A stretch of 64,000 bases of DNA, from assembly GCA_963664325.2 (NCBI GenBank), contig CAXXDQ010000003.1, forward strand, positions 480,001 through 544,000, given 5' to 3'. This stretch comes from Desulfomonilia bacterium. Its GTDB lineage: Bacteria; Desulfobacterota; Desulfomonilia; UBA1062. Shown here piece by piece: positions 41,399-52,016 of this stretch. A program made the translations under genes and the position numbers. Below the pieces are notes generated by a model. It had not been told where the DNA came from and did not search any database. It saw nothing but the letters and a program-made list of their open reading frames with translations. The first letter of the stretch is position 1. Every line of letters starts with the position of its first letter.

Positions 41399-42667
41399 AT
41401 GTCATCTTCACCTGAAATTATCAAGCAGCAGGCCTTAAAGGATTTTGCCGAATTCATCAACCCCATGAAGGTCAGGACAATGAAAAGCGCCGGCATTGAC
41501 ATCATCGAGGAAAAGCGCAGCGGTGCGTGTTCGTGGGACATTACAGGAAAACGCTATATAGACTGCCAGACTGGCTCTGGCATCATGAATGTGGGAAGAG
41601 GCAATCAGGAGATAGCGGAAGTGCTCAAAAAAGCTCTCGACACCTACGACATCGGCGTGTTCCTGCTCTGCTCCAAGCAGAAGGCTGATCTCGCAAAGAG
41701 GCTCGCCGAGATCACTCCCGGCGACCTTGCCTGCACGATGTTCGGTGTTGGGGGCGGTGAGGCGATAGACGCAGCCATCAAGATTGCACGTGGCTTCACG
41801 ATGAAACCGGGAATCATCTATGCCGATAAGGCCTATCACGGCCATACCGGATTCGCGCTGTCAGCAATCGGCAGGGAGGCATATAAGGAGTCGTTCCATC
41901 CTCTGATGCCTGGTTTCACAATGGTCCCCTTCGGTGATGCCGATGCAATCAGAAAGGCTGTCAACAAGGATACGGCCGCAGTCATCCTCGAAACCATACA
42001 GGGCGAGGGCGGCATCAACATCCCGCCGGACGGATATCTGGCCGAGGTCAGAAAAATATGCGATGAAAACAATGTGCTGCTGATCCTTGACGAGATACAG
42101 ACCGGCTTCGGCCGCACCGGAAAGATGTTCGCCTGTGAGCACTGGGAAGTGGTCCCGGACATAATGACTGTAGCCAAGTCGCTTGGCGGCGGCATTTACC
42201 CGATATCGGCGACGATATTCAAGGAGGAGATCAACGACTTCTTCATCCCGCATCCATTCGTCCACCTTTCGACGTTCGGAGGCTCCGATCTTGGCTGCAT
42301 AGTTGCGATGGCTGCAATCGACTACATCATTAAAAACGATTTGCCGGCCAAAGCGGAGAGAATGGGACAGCGTTTCAGGGCAGGGTTTGACAGGCTTTTA
42401 AAGGAATATCCCGACCTGCTGCTTGAAGTCAGGCAGAAGGGGCTCATGATGGGCCTGCAGTATACAAATGAATCCATCGGACCGAGGATGACGAAGAAGC
42501 TTTCCGAAAGGGGCGTGCTGGCTGTTTATACAGGCAACGACCCGAGCATTTGCAGGTTCATGCCGCCGCTGGTCATTTCCCCTGAAGAAGTGGATGAGGT
42601 GCTGAATGCACTCGAAGACTCAATGAAGGAACTTTCGAAAGAAAAGGGCATCGGTAAAAATGACTAA
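41399..42667 (+). CDS. Class III PLP aminotransferase (putrescine/acetylornithine-AT-like)
   Basis: YHG, IQGEGG, DEIQTGFGRTG, AKSLGGG and STFGG motifs. Confidence 0.9.
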   Translation: MSSSPEIIKQQALKDFAEFINPMKVRTMKSAGIDIIEEKRSGACSWDITGKRYIDCQTGSGIMNVGRGNQEIAEVLKKALDTYDIGVFLLCSKQKADLAKRLAEITPGDLACTMFGVGGGEAIDAAIKIARGFTMKPGIIYADKAYHGHTGFALSAIGREAYKESFHPLMPGFTMVPFGDADAIRKAVNKDTAAVILETIQGEGGINIPPDGYLAEVRKICDENNVLLILDEIQTGFGRTGKMFACEHWEVVPDIMTVAKSLGGGIYPISATIFKEEINDFFIPHPFVHLSTFGGSDLGCIVAMAAIDYIIKNDLPAKAERMGQRFRAGFDRLLKEYPDLLLEVRQKGLMMGLQYTNESIGPRMTKKLSERGVLAVYTGNDPSICRFMPPLVISPEEVDEVLNALEDSMKELSKEKGIGKND

Positions 42668-42734
42668 AAGAAAGATTTTTAACTGTTCATAAAACCGTAC
42701 GTATAGATCTTATATAAAAGGGGAGGATGAAACA

Positions 42735-43094
42735 GTGGCAACTTCACAGGAAATCTTGGATGCACTGGCTGATTATCAGGTGAACTGCAATGACAACAAA
42801 AGGCTTCGCCGCATGCAGCGTGACTGGACAAAGCTGCTGCACTTTAATGCCGAAGACACCGGCGACTGGTTCACCATGAATGTCATCAACGGTGAAATAG
42901 TGTCTTTCAATGCCGGCGCCGATGGTACTCCGGACATTATTGTTACGACAAAAAGTGAGAACCTGTGCGATATGTTCTGGGGCGATCTGAACCCATCGCA
43001 GAAATATCTCGAGGGTGAAATCCGCGTGAAGGCGACACAGGAGGATGTTGTGCGGCTGGACGCCATCACCATGATAATATGGCCGGACGCCTAA
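42735..43094 (+). CDS. SCP2 lipid-binding domain protein
   Basis: PDIIV...MFWGDLNPSQKYLEGEIRV matches the SCP2 pattern; GGAGG RBS, GTG start. Confidence 0.75.
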   Translation: MATSQEILDALADYQVNCNDNKRLRRMQRDWTKLLHFNAEDTGDWFTMNVINGEIVSFNAGADGTPDIIVTTKSENLCDMFWGDLNPSQKYLEGEIRVKATQEDVVRLDAITMIIWPDA

Positions 43095-43220
43095 GTTCCG
43101 GTATGCATTCAAGCCCTGCCTTTGTCGGCTGCGTCGGAATGCTCCTCGGAGTACGTAACAGAGTACACCTCGTCGCTTCCTCCTTGCCTCCTCGGCATGA
43201 TCTTGAATGCAAGCCGGAAC
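43095..43220. repeat. 126-bp ERIC-like palindromic element (MITE-like)
   Basis: TIR GTTCCGGTATGCATTCAAG/CTTGAATGCAAGCCGGAAC; GGCTGCGT and CTTGCCTCCT boxes; central GTAC..GTAC hairpin. Confidence 0.7.
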
Positions 43221-43339
43221 AGGAGCGGCAAAATAGAAACATAATTTCTTCCTTGTCGCTCCTTGGTCTGTTTTGTTCTGACATGTCCTATTTTTCGGAA
43301 AGGCATTCAAGCCATGACAAGGGCAAGCAGCAGGTATTG

Positions 43340-43369
43340 CTCACCACTCACCACTGACCACTCACTACT
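43340..43369 (+). repeat. Four heptamer tandem repeats
   Basis: CTCACCA CTCACCA CTGACCA CTCACTA. Confidence 0.75.
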
Positions 43370-43385
43370 TGTTTTGGAGGGTTAA

Positions 43386-44789
43386 ATGACCACATTAAAA
43401 AAGGTTCTGAAACTTCGGACTGTGACATCGGCTTCCGCCGGGATGGCATTGGCGACATCATGTTATATCGCCGGTTTCCAGATAGCGACCATACTGGTTG
43501 GAGAACTGGCCTGGATATCCGTACTTGTTGCCGGAATGCTCTGTTTCTTATCCGCCATGTGCTTTGCAGAACTAACCTCCCAATATCCGACAGCGGCAGG
43601 CATAAAGCTTTTCATTCAGAAGGCGTTTAATGAAAAGGCCGCAATTATCATAGGAACCTTTTACGTAATGCTCGGGATATCCATGGTCGGTGCTGAAAGC
43701 TACCTGCTTTCCAGCGTCATGTACAATGCGTTTCCTGTTTTCGGGCCTCTGGTTGACAAGCTTTTCTGGATGCTGTTCTTTATCGTATTCGTTGCCGCGG
43801 TTAACTACAGGGGTGTGCAGCTCACGGGGTTTGTCCAGGATGTCATGACCTATGTAATGATAAGCTTCCTTATTCTCGCTTCGATATATTCCATCTTTAA
43901 GTACGGGGTGGATATCAAACCTGCATTTGCCAGCCCTAAATTCACGCTTGGCAACATAATAAATGCCGCAGGGGTCGGCGTATTTCTTTTTGTCGGCTTC
44001 GAGTGGGTGACGCCCCTGGCTGAGGAAACGACCGATTACAGGCTCATCGGCAAGGGCATGTTCATTGCAATCGGTCTTTTGACCGTTACTTATGCTCTCT
44101 TCACGGTCGGGATGTGGGTAGCCCTCACGCCCGAACAGAGACTTTCGGGTACGCCGATTCCACACATTCTTTTCGGTCAGAACCTTCTGGGCAAGGCTGG
44201 TGTCGTCCTTTTCATGATAATGAGCATCCTCGCGTCGGCCACATCATTTAATTCGGGATTGCTTAACACTTCGCGGTTTGCATACGCCATGTCGCGCGAC
44301 AATGTCCTGCCTGCATCCTTCAGCAAGCTGCACCCCGATTACGCCACGCCCTGGGTGTCAATCCTGGGGCTGATGATTCTTGCAATCCTTGTGAGTCTTT
44401 TTATCCAGATCACGGGTAAATACCTTTTCCTCATCGTGATGGCTGCTGCGCTTGAATGCTTCATCTATGTAGTTATGGCGGTGTGCGTGATAAAGCTGAG
44501 GCGGAAGCTCCCTGATAACCCCAGGGATTTCAAAGTTCCCGGAGGCTATGTCATTCCGATAATAACTATTATTGTCTTTGCAGGGCTGCTCATAGGAATA
44601 TTCCTGGATAAAAGCAAAGATTATGCAGGCAATGTCCTGTTCGCAAACTACTGGGTGGCTGTCGTAATGGCAGCATTCTTCGGCCTTTGCGCCATTTACA
44701 CGATACTGGTTGTACCGGTATTCAAGAAAAAGGCAGCGGCAAAGGCGGCAACCAGAGTTAAGAGAAGACCGGGGAAAGCTGCGGAATAA
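43386..44789 (+). CDS. APC-family amino acid/polyamine permease
   Basis: About 12 TM; FAEL...P.AAG, FVGFE, AEE and SRFAYAMSRD motifs. Confidence 0.92.
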   Translation: MTTLKKVLKLRTVTSASAGMALATSCYIAGFQIATILVGELAWISVLVAGMLCFLSAMCFAELTSQYPTAAGIKLFIQKAFNEKAAIIIGTFYVMLGISMVGAESYLLSSVMYNAFPVFGPLVDKLFWMLFFIVFVAAVNYRGVQLTGFVQDVMTYVMISFLILASIYSIFKYGVDIKPAFASPKFTLGNIINAAGVGVFLFVGFEWVTPLAEETTDYRLIGKGMFIAIGLLTVTYALFTVGMWVALTPEQRLSGTPIPHILFGQNLLGKAGVVLFMIMSILASATSFNSGLLNTSRFAYAMSRDNVLPASFSKLHPDYATPWVSILGLMILAILVSLFIQITGKYLFLIVMAAALECFIYVVMAVCVIKLRRKLPDNPRDFKVPGGYVIPIITIIVFAGLLIGIFLDKSKDYAGNVLFANYWVAVVMAAFFGLCAIYTILVVPVFKKKAAAKAATRVKRRPGKAAE

Positions 44790-45069
44790 GCCTGTTCTCC
44801 AATTGTTCCGACAGGCAGAAATATTGCTGCCCGATACAGGCATTCTACAGTACGCCTGATGTTGAGGCTTGAGTTTAGTAGTTTTCTCTTTGAGACGAGC
44901 CCGGTAAAACATTCACTTATTCGAAAGCTCTGCCGATAATAGAATTTATGGGCATACCGTATACCGTTATGAACAAGACCCGCATACAGACAAAGTTGCT
45001 TGCTTTAAATTCAGGCTGCACAGACATGCCCGATGCGATTATGGTAAAAAATGTTTTGAAAGGGAATGA

Positions 45070-46494
45070 ATGATCAAGGGCAATCCCCCCGACATCATTT
45101 TTTTCCAGGTAGTCGTCATCTCTATATTATGCGCATTTCTTTTTTCCCTGGACGGGAGCATCGTAAATATCGCCCTGCCTGAAATGGCGCGTGCCTATAA
45201 CGCATCTGTCAGCGATATCGCTTTCATCCCCACGGCATACATGATCACGGTTTCATCGACGCTCCTGCTTGTATCAACCCTTTTTAACCGTTTCGGGATG
45301 AAAAGGGTTATAATTGCCGGGTATGTAATATTCATTACGAGCACTTTATTATGCGCTCTGGCTCCGCAGTTATGGCTCATGGTAGTGCTTCGCATCATGC
45401 AGGGATTGGGCGGCAGCGTGCTCTTGATGGCTGCCTTCGCCGTTGTACCCAAGTATATAGGACCTGCAAAAATGGGCCGGGCGCTAGGTTTCTCTTCTTC
45501 GGCGCTGGCTTGCGGCATAGCGGCCGGATATCCCGCCGGAGGATTTGTCACCGACTATCTCGGCTGGAATTACGTCTTTCTTCTTGTCGCCTTCATGACG
45601 GTTCCAGCCCTTGTTTATATCCAACGGGTTTTGCCTGATGATGAGCCTCTTGATGCAGGCTCCGGTATCGATATCCCGGGAGCGGCCGTATTTTTCGTTG
45701 CCTTTGCAATGCTTACATATGTCCTTCAGTATGTCGAATATGCAGGCTTTGCACCCACAAAGGTTTTGTTTTGCATTCTCGGCTTTTGCATGATGTCAAC
45801 GCTGTTCATTATCTTTGAAAAAAGGAAAGAGAACGCCATAATCGACCTGTCCCTTTTCAGATCCAGGGAGTACGGCTTTGCCATGCTGTCAAGGCTTTTC
45901 GTCGCCATGCTGCAGTACGGGAACCTGTTCATGCTGCCTTTTTTCCTCGGAATAATAAGGAAGATGTCCCCTTCGAAATCGGGACTCCTGATTGCGGTCT
46001 ATTCGGTTTTTTATATCTTTCTCGCCCCTGTTTCGGGTTATTTCACCGATAGGTTTTCCCCGCAGAAGATGAGTGTTTTCTCGACTCTGGTTCTTTTAGG
46101 CGTCTCGTTCTTGTTTCCGTTCATTATGGGGGATTCCGGTTTTGTCCCGATAGTCGCATACCTCGTATTTCTCTCGATAGGCTTTGCCTTCTTCTATCCG
46201 GCGAATAACAAATTCTGTATTCTGGCCGTACCGCCCGGCAGGCAAGGCATGTCCATAGGCATATTCCTTACAGTATGGGTTGCCGGGATGTCTATTGGAA
46301 CGTCCTTTTTTGAAATGGTGTTTTCGGTGACTCTTATGGGTGAGGAACAGGGCCTCTCGTCATTAAAAGAGCTTGTCAAAGGCATATCTGAGGAAAGGTT
46401 GTTTGACGCATTCAGGAACTCATACACGGCAGGGTTCGTTATCATCCTCACGGCGCTTGTCTTTCTAGTCATCTCATTAATGAATAAAAAATAA
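45070..46494 (+). CDS. DHA2-type MFS transporter
   Basis: LDGSIVNIALP and RIMQGLGG motifs; about 14 TM. Confidence 0.88.
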   Translation: MIKGNPPDIIFFQVVVISILCAFLFSLDGSIVNIALPEMARAYNASVSDIAFIPTAYMITVSSTLLLVSTLFNRFGMKRVIIAGYVIFITSTLLCALAPQLWLMVVLRIMQGLGGSVLLMAAFAVVPKYIGPAKMGRALGFSSSALACGIAAGYPAGGFVTDYLGWNYVFLLVAFMTVPALVYIQRVLPDDEPLDAGSGIDIPGAAVFFVAFAMLTYVLQYVEYAGFAPTKVLFCILGFCMMSTLFIIFEKRKENAIIDLSLFRSREYGFAMLSRLFVAMLQYGNLFMLPFFLGIIRKMSPSKSGLLIAVYSVFYIFLAPVSGYFTDRFSPQKMSVFSTLVLLGVSFLFPFIMGDSGFVPIVAYLVFLSIGFAFFYPANNKFCILAVPPGRQGMSIGIFLTVWVAGMSIGTSFFEMVFSVTLMGEEQGLSSLKELVKGISEERLFDAFRNSYTAGFVIILTALVFLVISLMNKK

Positions 46495-46749
46495 AGTCTT
46501 ATGAAGCCGGTCAGGGACAGGATTGCAAAGCGTACCAGGATTGAAAACCTGTATATATAATTGTCATAAAACCTTATCTGCTGCTGGCAGAGATAATATA
46601 ATTATTTTGAGTTAAGCTGCCTAAAAACATTGAAGATACTGCAGCGTTATCAGGACAGGTAAATAAATGAATGGACGGGATAGTCGCATGGATCAATAAT
46701 TATGTTGCAGGTAATTTTGTACCGGGGGATAATTTGAGCGGGTGAACTT

Positions 46750-47073
46750 ATGCCGAAAAACAATGTCCCATTGGAATATACCGACGAAAACGTAAAGCTG
46801 CTGCCCGAGCATGAGATAAAACTGCCGAAGATGTACCGCGTGATCATACACAACGATCACTACACGACAATGGAGTTTGTTGTGGAAGTCCTTATTTCAA
46901 TATTCCATAAGCCTGCAGCAGAGGCCACCATGCTCATGATGGATGTGCATAAAAAGGGACGCGGCATCGTAGGCGTTTATACGCTTGATATCGCCATGAC
47001 CAAAATCGCCCAGGTTCACTCACTGGCAAAGCAGCGCGGATTTCCGCTTAAATGTTCTCATGAAGAAGCGTAA
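46750..47073 (+). CDS. clpS: Clp protease adaptor ClpS
   Basis: NDHYTTMEFVV, VHKKG and FPL motifs. Confidence 0.95.
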   Translation: MPKNNVPLEYTDENVKLLPEHEIKLPKMYRVIIHNDHYTTMEFVVEVLISIFHKPAAEATMLMMDVHKKGRGIVGVYTLDIAMTKIAQVHSLAKQRGFPLKCSHEEA

Positions 47074-47086
47074 GAAGGTACCTACA

Positions 47087-49342
47087 ATGAAAAACAGCGA
47101 AAGCCTTAATCTGGTTCTGATAGCCGCATTCAACGAGGCAAAAAACAGGGAGCATGAATATCTTACCCCGGAACACCTGCTCTATGCGATGCTATTCTCG
47201 CCTGAGAGCCTTGAAATAATTGAGAGCTGCGGGGCCGATACCGAGGTGCTGAAAAACAACCTTACTCAGCATTTTACAGAAAAAATTCCAAAGATAAGAA
47301 ACAGGGAACCCGTCATCTCCGAACAGTTCCACAATATCATGGAGCGTGCATTCCTGCACTCGGCATCGGCGCAAAAAGATAACCTTGATATCGGAGACGT
47401 GCTGGTTTCCATATTCGATGAGGAGGAATCCTTTGCTTCATTCTTCCTTTTAAGCCAGGGCATCACGCGGCTTGATATACTCAATTACATATCCCACGGC
47501 ATATCTCTTATTCCTGACCGAACTCATGAAGCCGGTACGGATTATGGCACTCAGGCCGGCGCAGGAACAACTGCAGAAAGTGGGAAAAAGAGTTTCCTTG
47601 AAATTTTTACTACCGAACTTGTGTCAAAGGCCAGGCTTGGGGAAATGGACCCGTTTATAGGAAGGGAGGATATTTTAGAGCGCACCGTACAGGTGTTATG
47701 CCGGAGGCTCAAGAACAACCCCATACATGTCGGCGAACCCGGGGTCGGCAAGACTGCAATCACGGAAGGGCTTGCCCAGCGCATAGCCGCCGGAACAGTG
47801 CCGAAACCGCTCATCGGGGCAAAAGTTTATCTGCTCGATATGGGAGGGCTGATTGCCGGCACAAGGTACAGAGGCGACTTCGAGGAACGGCTGAAGAGGG
47901 TCCTTGCCGAACTCGGCAAAATGGAAAATGTGATACTCTTCATAGACGAGATCCATACGATAGTAGGTGCGGGCGCCGTATCCGGCGGCTCGATGGATGC
48001 ATCCAACATTTTAAAGCCTGTGCTTGCATCCGGCAGGATGCGCTGCATAGGTTCCACTACATTCGACGAATACCGCAAGCATTTCGAAAAGGACCGTGCC
48101 CTGTCGAGGCGTTTCCAGAAAATAGACATATCCGAACCTACAATTGATGAAACCAGGAATATCCTTATCGGACTTAAAGAGCGCTACGAGAAGCACCATG
48201 ACGTTGTTTATGATGACGATGCCATCCTTGCGGCTGCAGAACTTTCGGCAAAATTCATCAATGACCGACATCTGCCTGACAAGGCAATAGACGTAATCGA
48301 CGAGGCCGGAGCCTATGCAAGGATGAACCGTCCCGACAATCTTGCCGGGAAAGTAACTATTTCGCGCGAAGCTATTGAAAAGGTCGTATCAAAGATAGCG
48401 AGGATTCCGGAAAGGAGCGTTTCTTCATCCGAAGCATTCAAGCTCAAGAACCTTGAAAACGACCTTAAAGCGCAGATATTTGGCCAGGACAATGCCATAG
48501 AAGCCGTGGTTTCGGCAATCAAGCGCTCGCGAGCCGGGTTCAGTTCGTCAGACAGGCCGGTTGCTAACCTTCTTTTCGTAGGTCCGACCGGGGTCGGCAA
48601 GACCGAGCTTGCGCGTCAGCTTGCAGCAAGCCTGGGTGTGACCATTCATCGCTTCGACATGAGCGAATACCAGGAGAAACACACGGTCGCCCGGCTTGTC
48701 GGCGCACCGCCTGGTTACGTCGGATACGAAGAGGGTGGCCTGCTGACCGAAGCGATACGCAAGACCCCTTATGCGGTTTTATTGCTGGATGAAATCGAGA
48801 AGGCCCACCAGGACATCTTCAATACCCTGCTGCAGGTAATGGACTATGCCACGCTCACAGACAATGCAGGAAAGAAGGCAGACTTCAGGAATGTTGTCCT
48901 GATCATGACTTCGAATGCGGGAGCCAGAGAAATCGGCAAAAAAAAGGTCGGGTTCACACACGATGAGACAGCCGGAAACAGGGTCGTTGCTGAAGCGGTC
49001 AACCGGATATTTTCACCGGAATTCCGCAACCGCCTTGACGGCGTCATTAGCTTTAACGGCCTTGACATAGGCATAACCGAATTGATTGTCCGCAAGGAGA
49101 TAGGCATATTCTTAAAGCAGCTCCAGGAAAGGAATGTTTCAGGCGAAGTAACTGATTCGGCTTATTTCCACCTGGCGCAAAAAGGGTTTTCCACAGAATT
49201 CGGTGCACGCCAGATTGCAAGGCTGGTGCAGGACGAAGTCAAGTCATTCTTTGTCGATCAGGTCCTGTTCGGAAGGCTTGCCGGCGGCGGCCGTGTCCTC
49301 ATAGATGTCAGGGAAGACCGCATCGTAATAGAAGTGCTTTAA
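47087..49342 (+). CDS. clpA: ATP-dependent Clp protease ATPase ClpA
   Basis: Two AAA modules ([16 protein letters not shown]), no M-domain, follows clpS. Confidence 0.95.
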   Translation: MKNSESLNLVLIAAFNEAKNREHEYLTPEHLLYAMLFSPESLEIIESCGADTEVLKNNLTQHFTEKIPKIRNREPVISEQFHNIMERAFLHSASAQKDNLDIGDVLVSIFDEEESFASFFLLSQGITRLDILNYISHGISLIPDRTHEAGTDYGTQAGAGTTAESGKKSFLEIFTTELVSKARLGEMDPFIGREDILERTVQVLCRRLKNNPIHVGEPGVGKTAITEGLAQRIAAGTVPKPLIGAKVYLLDMGGLIAGTRYRGDFEERLKRVLAELGKMENVILFIDEIHTIVGAGAVSGGSMDASNILKPVLASGRMRCIGSTTFDEYRKHFEKDRALSRRFQKIDISEPTIDETRNILIGLKERYEKHHDVVYDDDAILAAAELSAKFINDRHLPDKAIDVIDEAGAYARMNRPDNLAGKVTISREAIEKVVSKIARIPERSVSSSEAFKLKNLENDLKAQIFGQDNAIEAVVSAIKRSRAGFSSSDRPVANLLFVGPTGVGKTELARQLAASLGVTIHRFDMSEYQEKHTVARLVGAPPGYVGYEEGGLLTEAIRKTPYAVLLLDEIEKAHQDIFNTLLQVMDYATLTDNAGKKADFRNVVLIMTSNAGAREIGKKKVGFTHDETAGNRVVAEAVNRIFSPEFRNRLDGVISFNGLDIGITELIVRKEIGIFLKQLQERNVSGEVTDSAYFHLAQKGFSTEFGARQIARLVQDEVKSFFVDQVLFGRLAGGGRVLIDVREDRIVIEVL

Positions 49343-49347
49343 AGATT

Positions 49348-50007
49348 ATGCCCGTTTACCTGCTGACGGACGAACTCGTATTTCCTGATGCAGAAAATGC
49401 AACAGAAGAAGGGATTCTGGCTGTCGGCGGTGATCTGAGGCCCGAACGTCTTCTGCTGGCCTATTGTTCAGGTATCTTTCCCTGGTATTCTGACGGCGAG
49501 CCGATCATCTGGTGGTCGCCCGATCCTAGATTTGTGCTTTTCCCCGGTGAACTCAAGGTATCCAGGTCTATGCGCAAGATTCTCAGGCAAGGGGTTTTCA
49601 GCATCACTTTTGACAAGGCATTCGAGCGTGTGATTGCCGAATGCAAGAAGATGAAACGCAAAGGCCAGCGCGGGACCTGGATAACACCTGAAATGCAGAA
49701 GGCGTATATAAGACTCAACAAACTAGGGTTTGCCCACTCGGTCGAGGCATGGAAAGACGGTGAACTGGCCGGAGGCCTCTATGGTGTTTCACTTGGAAAG
49801 GTGTTTTTCGGAGAGTCCATGTTTTCACGCGTAAGCAATGCATCAAAAACGTGCCTTATAACGCTTGTGGAACATCTCGCAAAAGACGGTTTTGAACTCA
49901 TAGATTCGCAGATCTACACCCGGCACCTTGAAACACTTGGAGCCCGTGAAATCCCCCGGAGTGAATATCTGATCCTTATAAAAAATCTGCTCGTTACTAA
50001 ATGCTGA
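49348..50007 (+). CDS. aat: Leucyl/phenylalanyl-tRNA-protein transferase
   Basis: GIFPW, WWSPDPR, GGLYG and GESMFS motifs. Confidence 0.96.
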   Translation: MPVYLLTDELVFPDAENATEEGILAVGGDLRPERLLLAYCSGIFPWYSDGEPIIWWSPDPRFVLFPGELKVSRSMRKILRQGVFSITFDKAFERVIAECKKMKRKGQRGTWITPEMQKAYIRLNKLGFAHSVEAWKDGELAGGLYGVSLGKVFFGESMFSRVSNASKTCLITLVEHLAKDGFELIDSQIYTRHLETLGAREIPRSEYLILIKNLLVTKC

Positions 50008-50107
50008 TTGGCGGTTTTAAAAGGCTGATGGCATTGCAGGTTCAAGTTGCTTCCCGATGATGCCGATGGATACCGGTAATAAATTGTTTTTCAGGAGGGT
50101 GAACGTG

Positions 50108-51028
50108 ATGGATATAAAAGGTCCTAAAATAAAAAAATATATGGAAGAATTTATTGTATCCCCGGGCAGGGAAGTAAAGCTCAGGAAGTTTAAAACCGGC
50201 TGGGCAATAAATGATGCACTGAAGACCCTGGATGATAATAAGGCAAGGGCCATGGCTGCCGAAATACTGAACAAAGACCGCAACAGGCTGGCCAAAGCCC
50301 AGGAACTCCTTTATGCAGACAAGAGCTATTCATTGCTGATAGTTCTTCAGGGCATGGATACGGCGGGCAAGGACGGGGCTATCCGGCATGTCATGTCCGG
50401 GGTCAATCCACAGGGGTGTTCGGTATCAGGATTCAAGGTGCCGACATCGACCGAGCATGCACATGACTTTCTCTGGAGATATTCAAATTGCCTGCCCCAG
50501 CGGGGAATGATCGGGATATTCAACCGGTCCCATTATGAGGATGTTCTGGCGGTGAAAGTCCATCCCGAGAGGATGGAGATGCTCCCCGCCAAGCTTGGCA
50601 AGCCTGAAAGCGATACCTTCTGGGACTGGCGCTACAGCGATATCAGGAATTTCGAGAAGCACCTCGTGAGAAACGGAACGGTTATTCTGAAGTTCTTCCT
50701 GCACATATCAAAGAAGGAACAGAAAAAGAGGCTTATGGACAGGCTTAACAATAAGGAAAAATACTGGAAGATATCTCCATTCGATGTTGCGGAAAGGGCT
50801 TTCTGGAACGACTATGAAAAGGCATATGAAGAAATGCTTGCAGCAACAAGTACGGAGTATGCACCATGGTTTGTCATTCCGGCCGATTTTAAATGGGCGG
50901 CCAGGACATTCGTTGCAGAGGTGATTGTCAATGCAATCGAAGGGCTTAATCTCAAATATCCGGAAGTAACCGAGGAACAGGTCAACAAGCTTTTGGAGGC
51001 GAAAAAAAAGCTTTTAAACGAGAAGTGA
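50108..51028 (+). CDS. ppk2: Polyphosphate kinase 2 (class III-like)
   Basis: QGMDTAGKDG, FNRSHYEDV and KFFLHIS motifs. Confidence 0.92.
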   Translation: MDIKGPKIKKYMEEFIVSPGREVKLRKFKTGWAINDALKTLDDNKARAMAAEILNKDRNRLAKAQELLYADKSYSLLIVLQGMDTAGKDGAIRHVMSGVNPQGCSVSGFKVPTSTEHAHDFLWRYSNCLPQRGMIGIFNRSHYEDVLAVKVHPERMEMLPAKLGKPESDTFWDWRYSDIRNFEKHLVRNGTVILKFFLHISKKEQKKRLMDRLNNKEKYWKISPFDVAERAFWNDYEKAYEEMLAATSTEYAPWFVIPADFKWAARTFVAEVIVNAIEGLNLKYPEVTEEQVNKLLEAKKKLLNEK

Positions 51029-51099
51029 AGAATTGAATATCAGTGATATATTGGGTTTCAGTCCGGATTTTTCAATAGGAGTCAGAGGAATAAGTGAGT

Positions 51100-51480
51100 T
51101 TAGGGGATAACCCCTGCATCGCGAAGCCGCCGCTCCTTCTCGATCTTTTCAAGCATATCCCTGAGCTCCTTTTCTTTGAAACGCTTGAGGAATTTAGGTG
51201 TCTGCATATAAGAGAGCGTACTGGCGAGGTATGATTCGGCGAGAGAGTCCCTCACTTTGTCAAGACTGCCCTGATGCACGGCTGGACGTTCGATGAGTTT
51301 AGTCCTTACAATTTTCTCGCCAAAGAACCGGCGCAGTTCTTCATCGGCGTTATCGAGATAGCAGGTTATGGTGACCTCAAGCCTGACGAACCAGAGATCG
51401 CCTGAGAGGATCTTGCTTTTGTCCTTTATTGTTAATACCAGGCCGTTTTTGAGGATGTGCTCTTCTTTTTCAAAGCTCAT
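51100..51480 (-). CDS. Hypothetical protein
   Basis: ORF overlapping the stop of the upstream gene. Confidence 0.65.
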   Translation of the reverse strand: MSFEKEEHILKNGLVLTIKDKSKILSGDLWFVRLEVTITCYLDNADEELRRFFGEKIVRTKLIERPAVHQGSLDKVRDSLAESYLASTLSYMQTPKFLKRFKEKELRDMLEKIEKERRLRDAGVIP

Positions 51481-51958
51481 AAAGTGTTTCGTCCACTTTC
51501 GGTTTTAGTTTATGTGATTTTATCCCGGCTGAAGACGCCTGCAGAAACGGATCTTCACCGTCAAAAAGATCGCCCATTTCCTGCTCGATTGTCTCAGGGG
51601 CTTCGCCCCGCTCAAGCCTGCACAGCGCTTCCTGAAATCCCGGGCCGAGATTCAGCCCGGCGGCATCTGAGAGTTTTCTGAGCAGATTGGCCGCCTGCTT
51701 CGGGTCGTCCTCATTGATAGAGCCCGCTTCACGTCCCAGCATTGCCAATGCCTTTTCAAGACGGCTTTCGTCAATATTCGGCATTCCGTCTTCAGTCTCT
51801 TTTGCCTTCCCTGAAGGTGTGTTGAACATTGAGATTTTTTTCTTTAACTTTACCCCTTGGCATTTAGGGCATTGCGGAACTTTCTCATTGTTTATCTTTC
51901 GTGAAAGGAAGTTATAGATCGTGTTGCAGTTGTCGCAGTAGAATTCATATACAGGCAT
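51470..51958 (-). CDS. FmdB-family zinc-ribbon protein
   Basis: MPVYEFYCxxC...CPKC. Confidence 0.85.
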   Translation of the reverse strand: MPVYEFYCDNCNTIYNFLSRKINNEKVPQCPKCQGVKLKKKISMFNTPSGKAKETEDGMPNIDESRLEKALAMLGREAGSINEDDPKQAANLLRKLSDAAGLNLGPGFQEALCRLERGEAPETIEQEMGDLFDGEDPFLQASSAGIKSHKLKPKVDETLYEL

Positions 51959-52016
51959 ATTTTATCCTCTTATTAATGCAGTTTCCAATCTGAAATAGTG
52001 TCTGCAATCCGATTTG

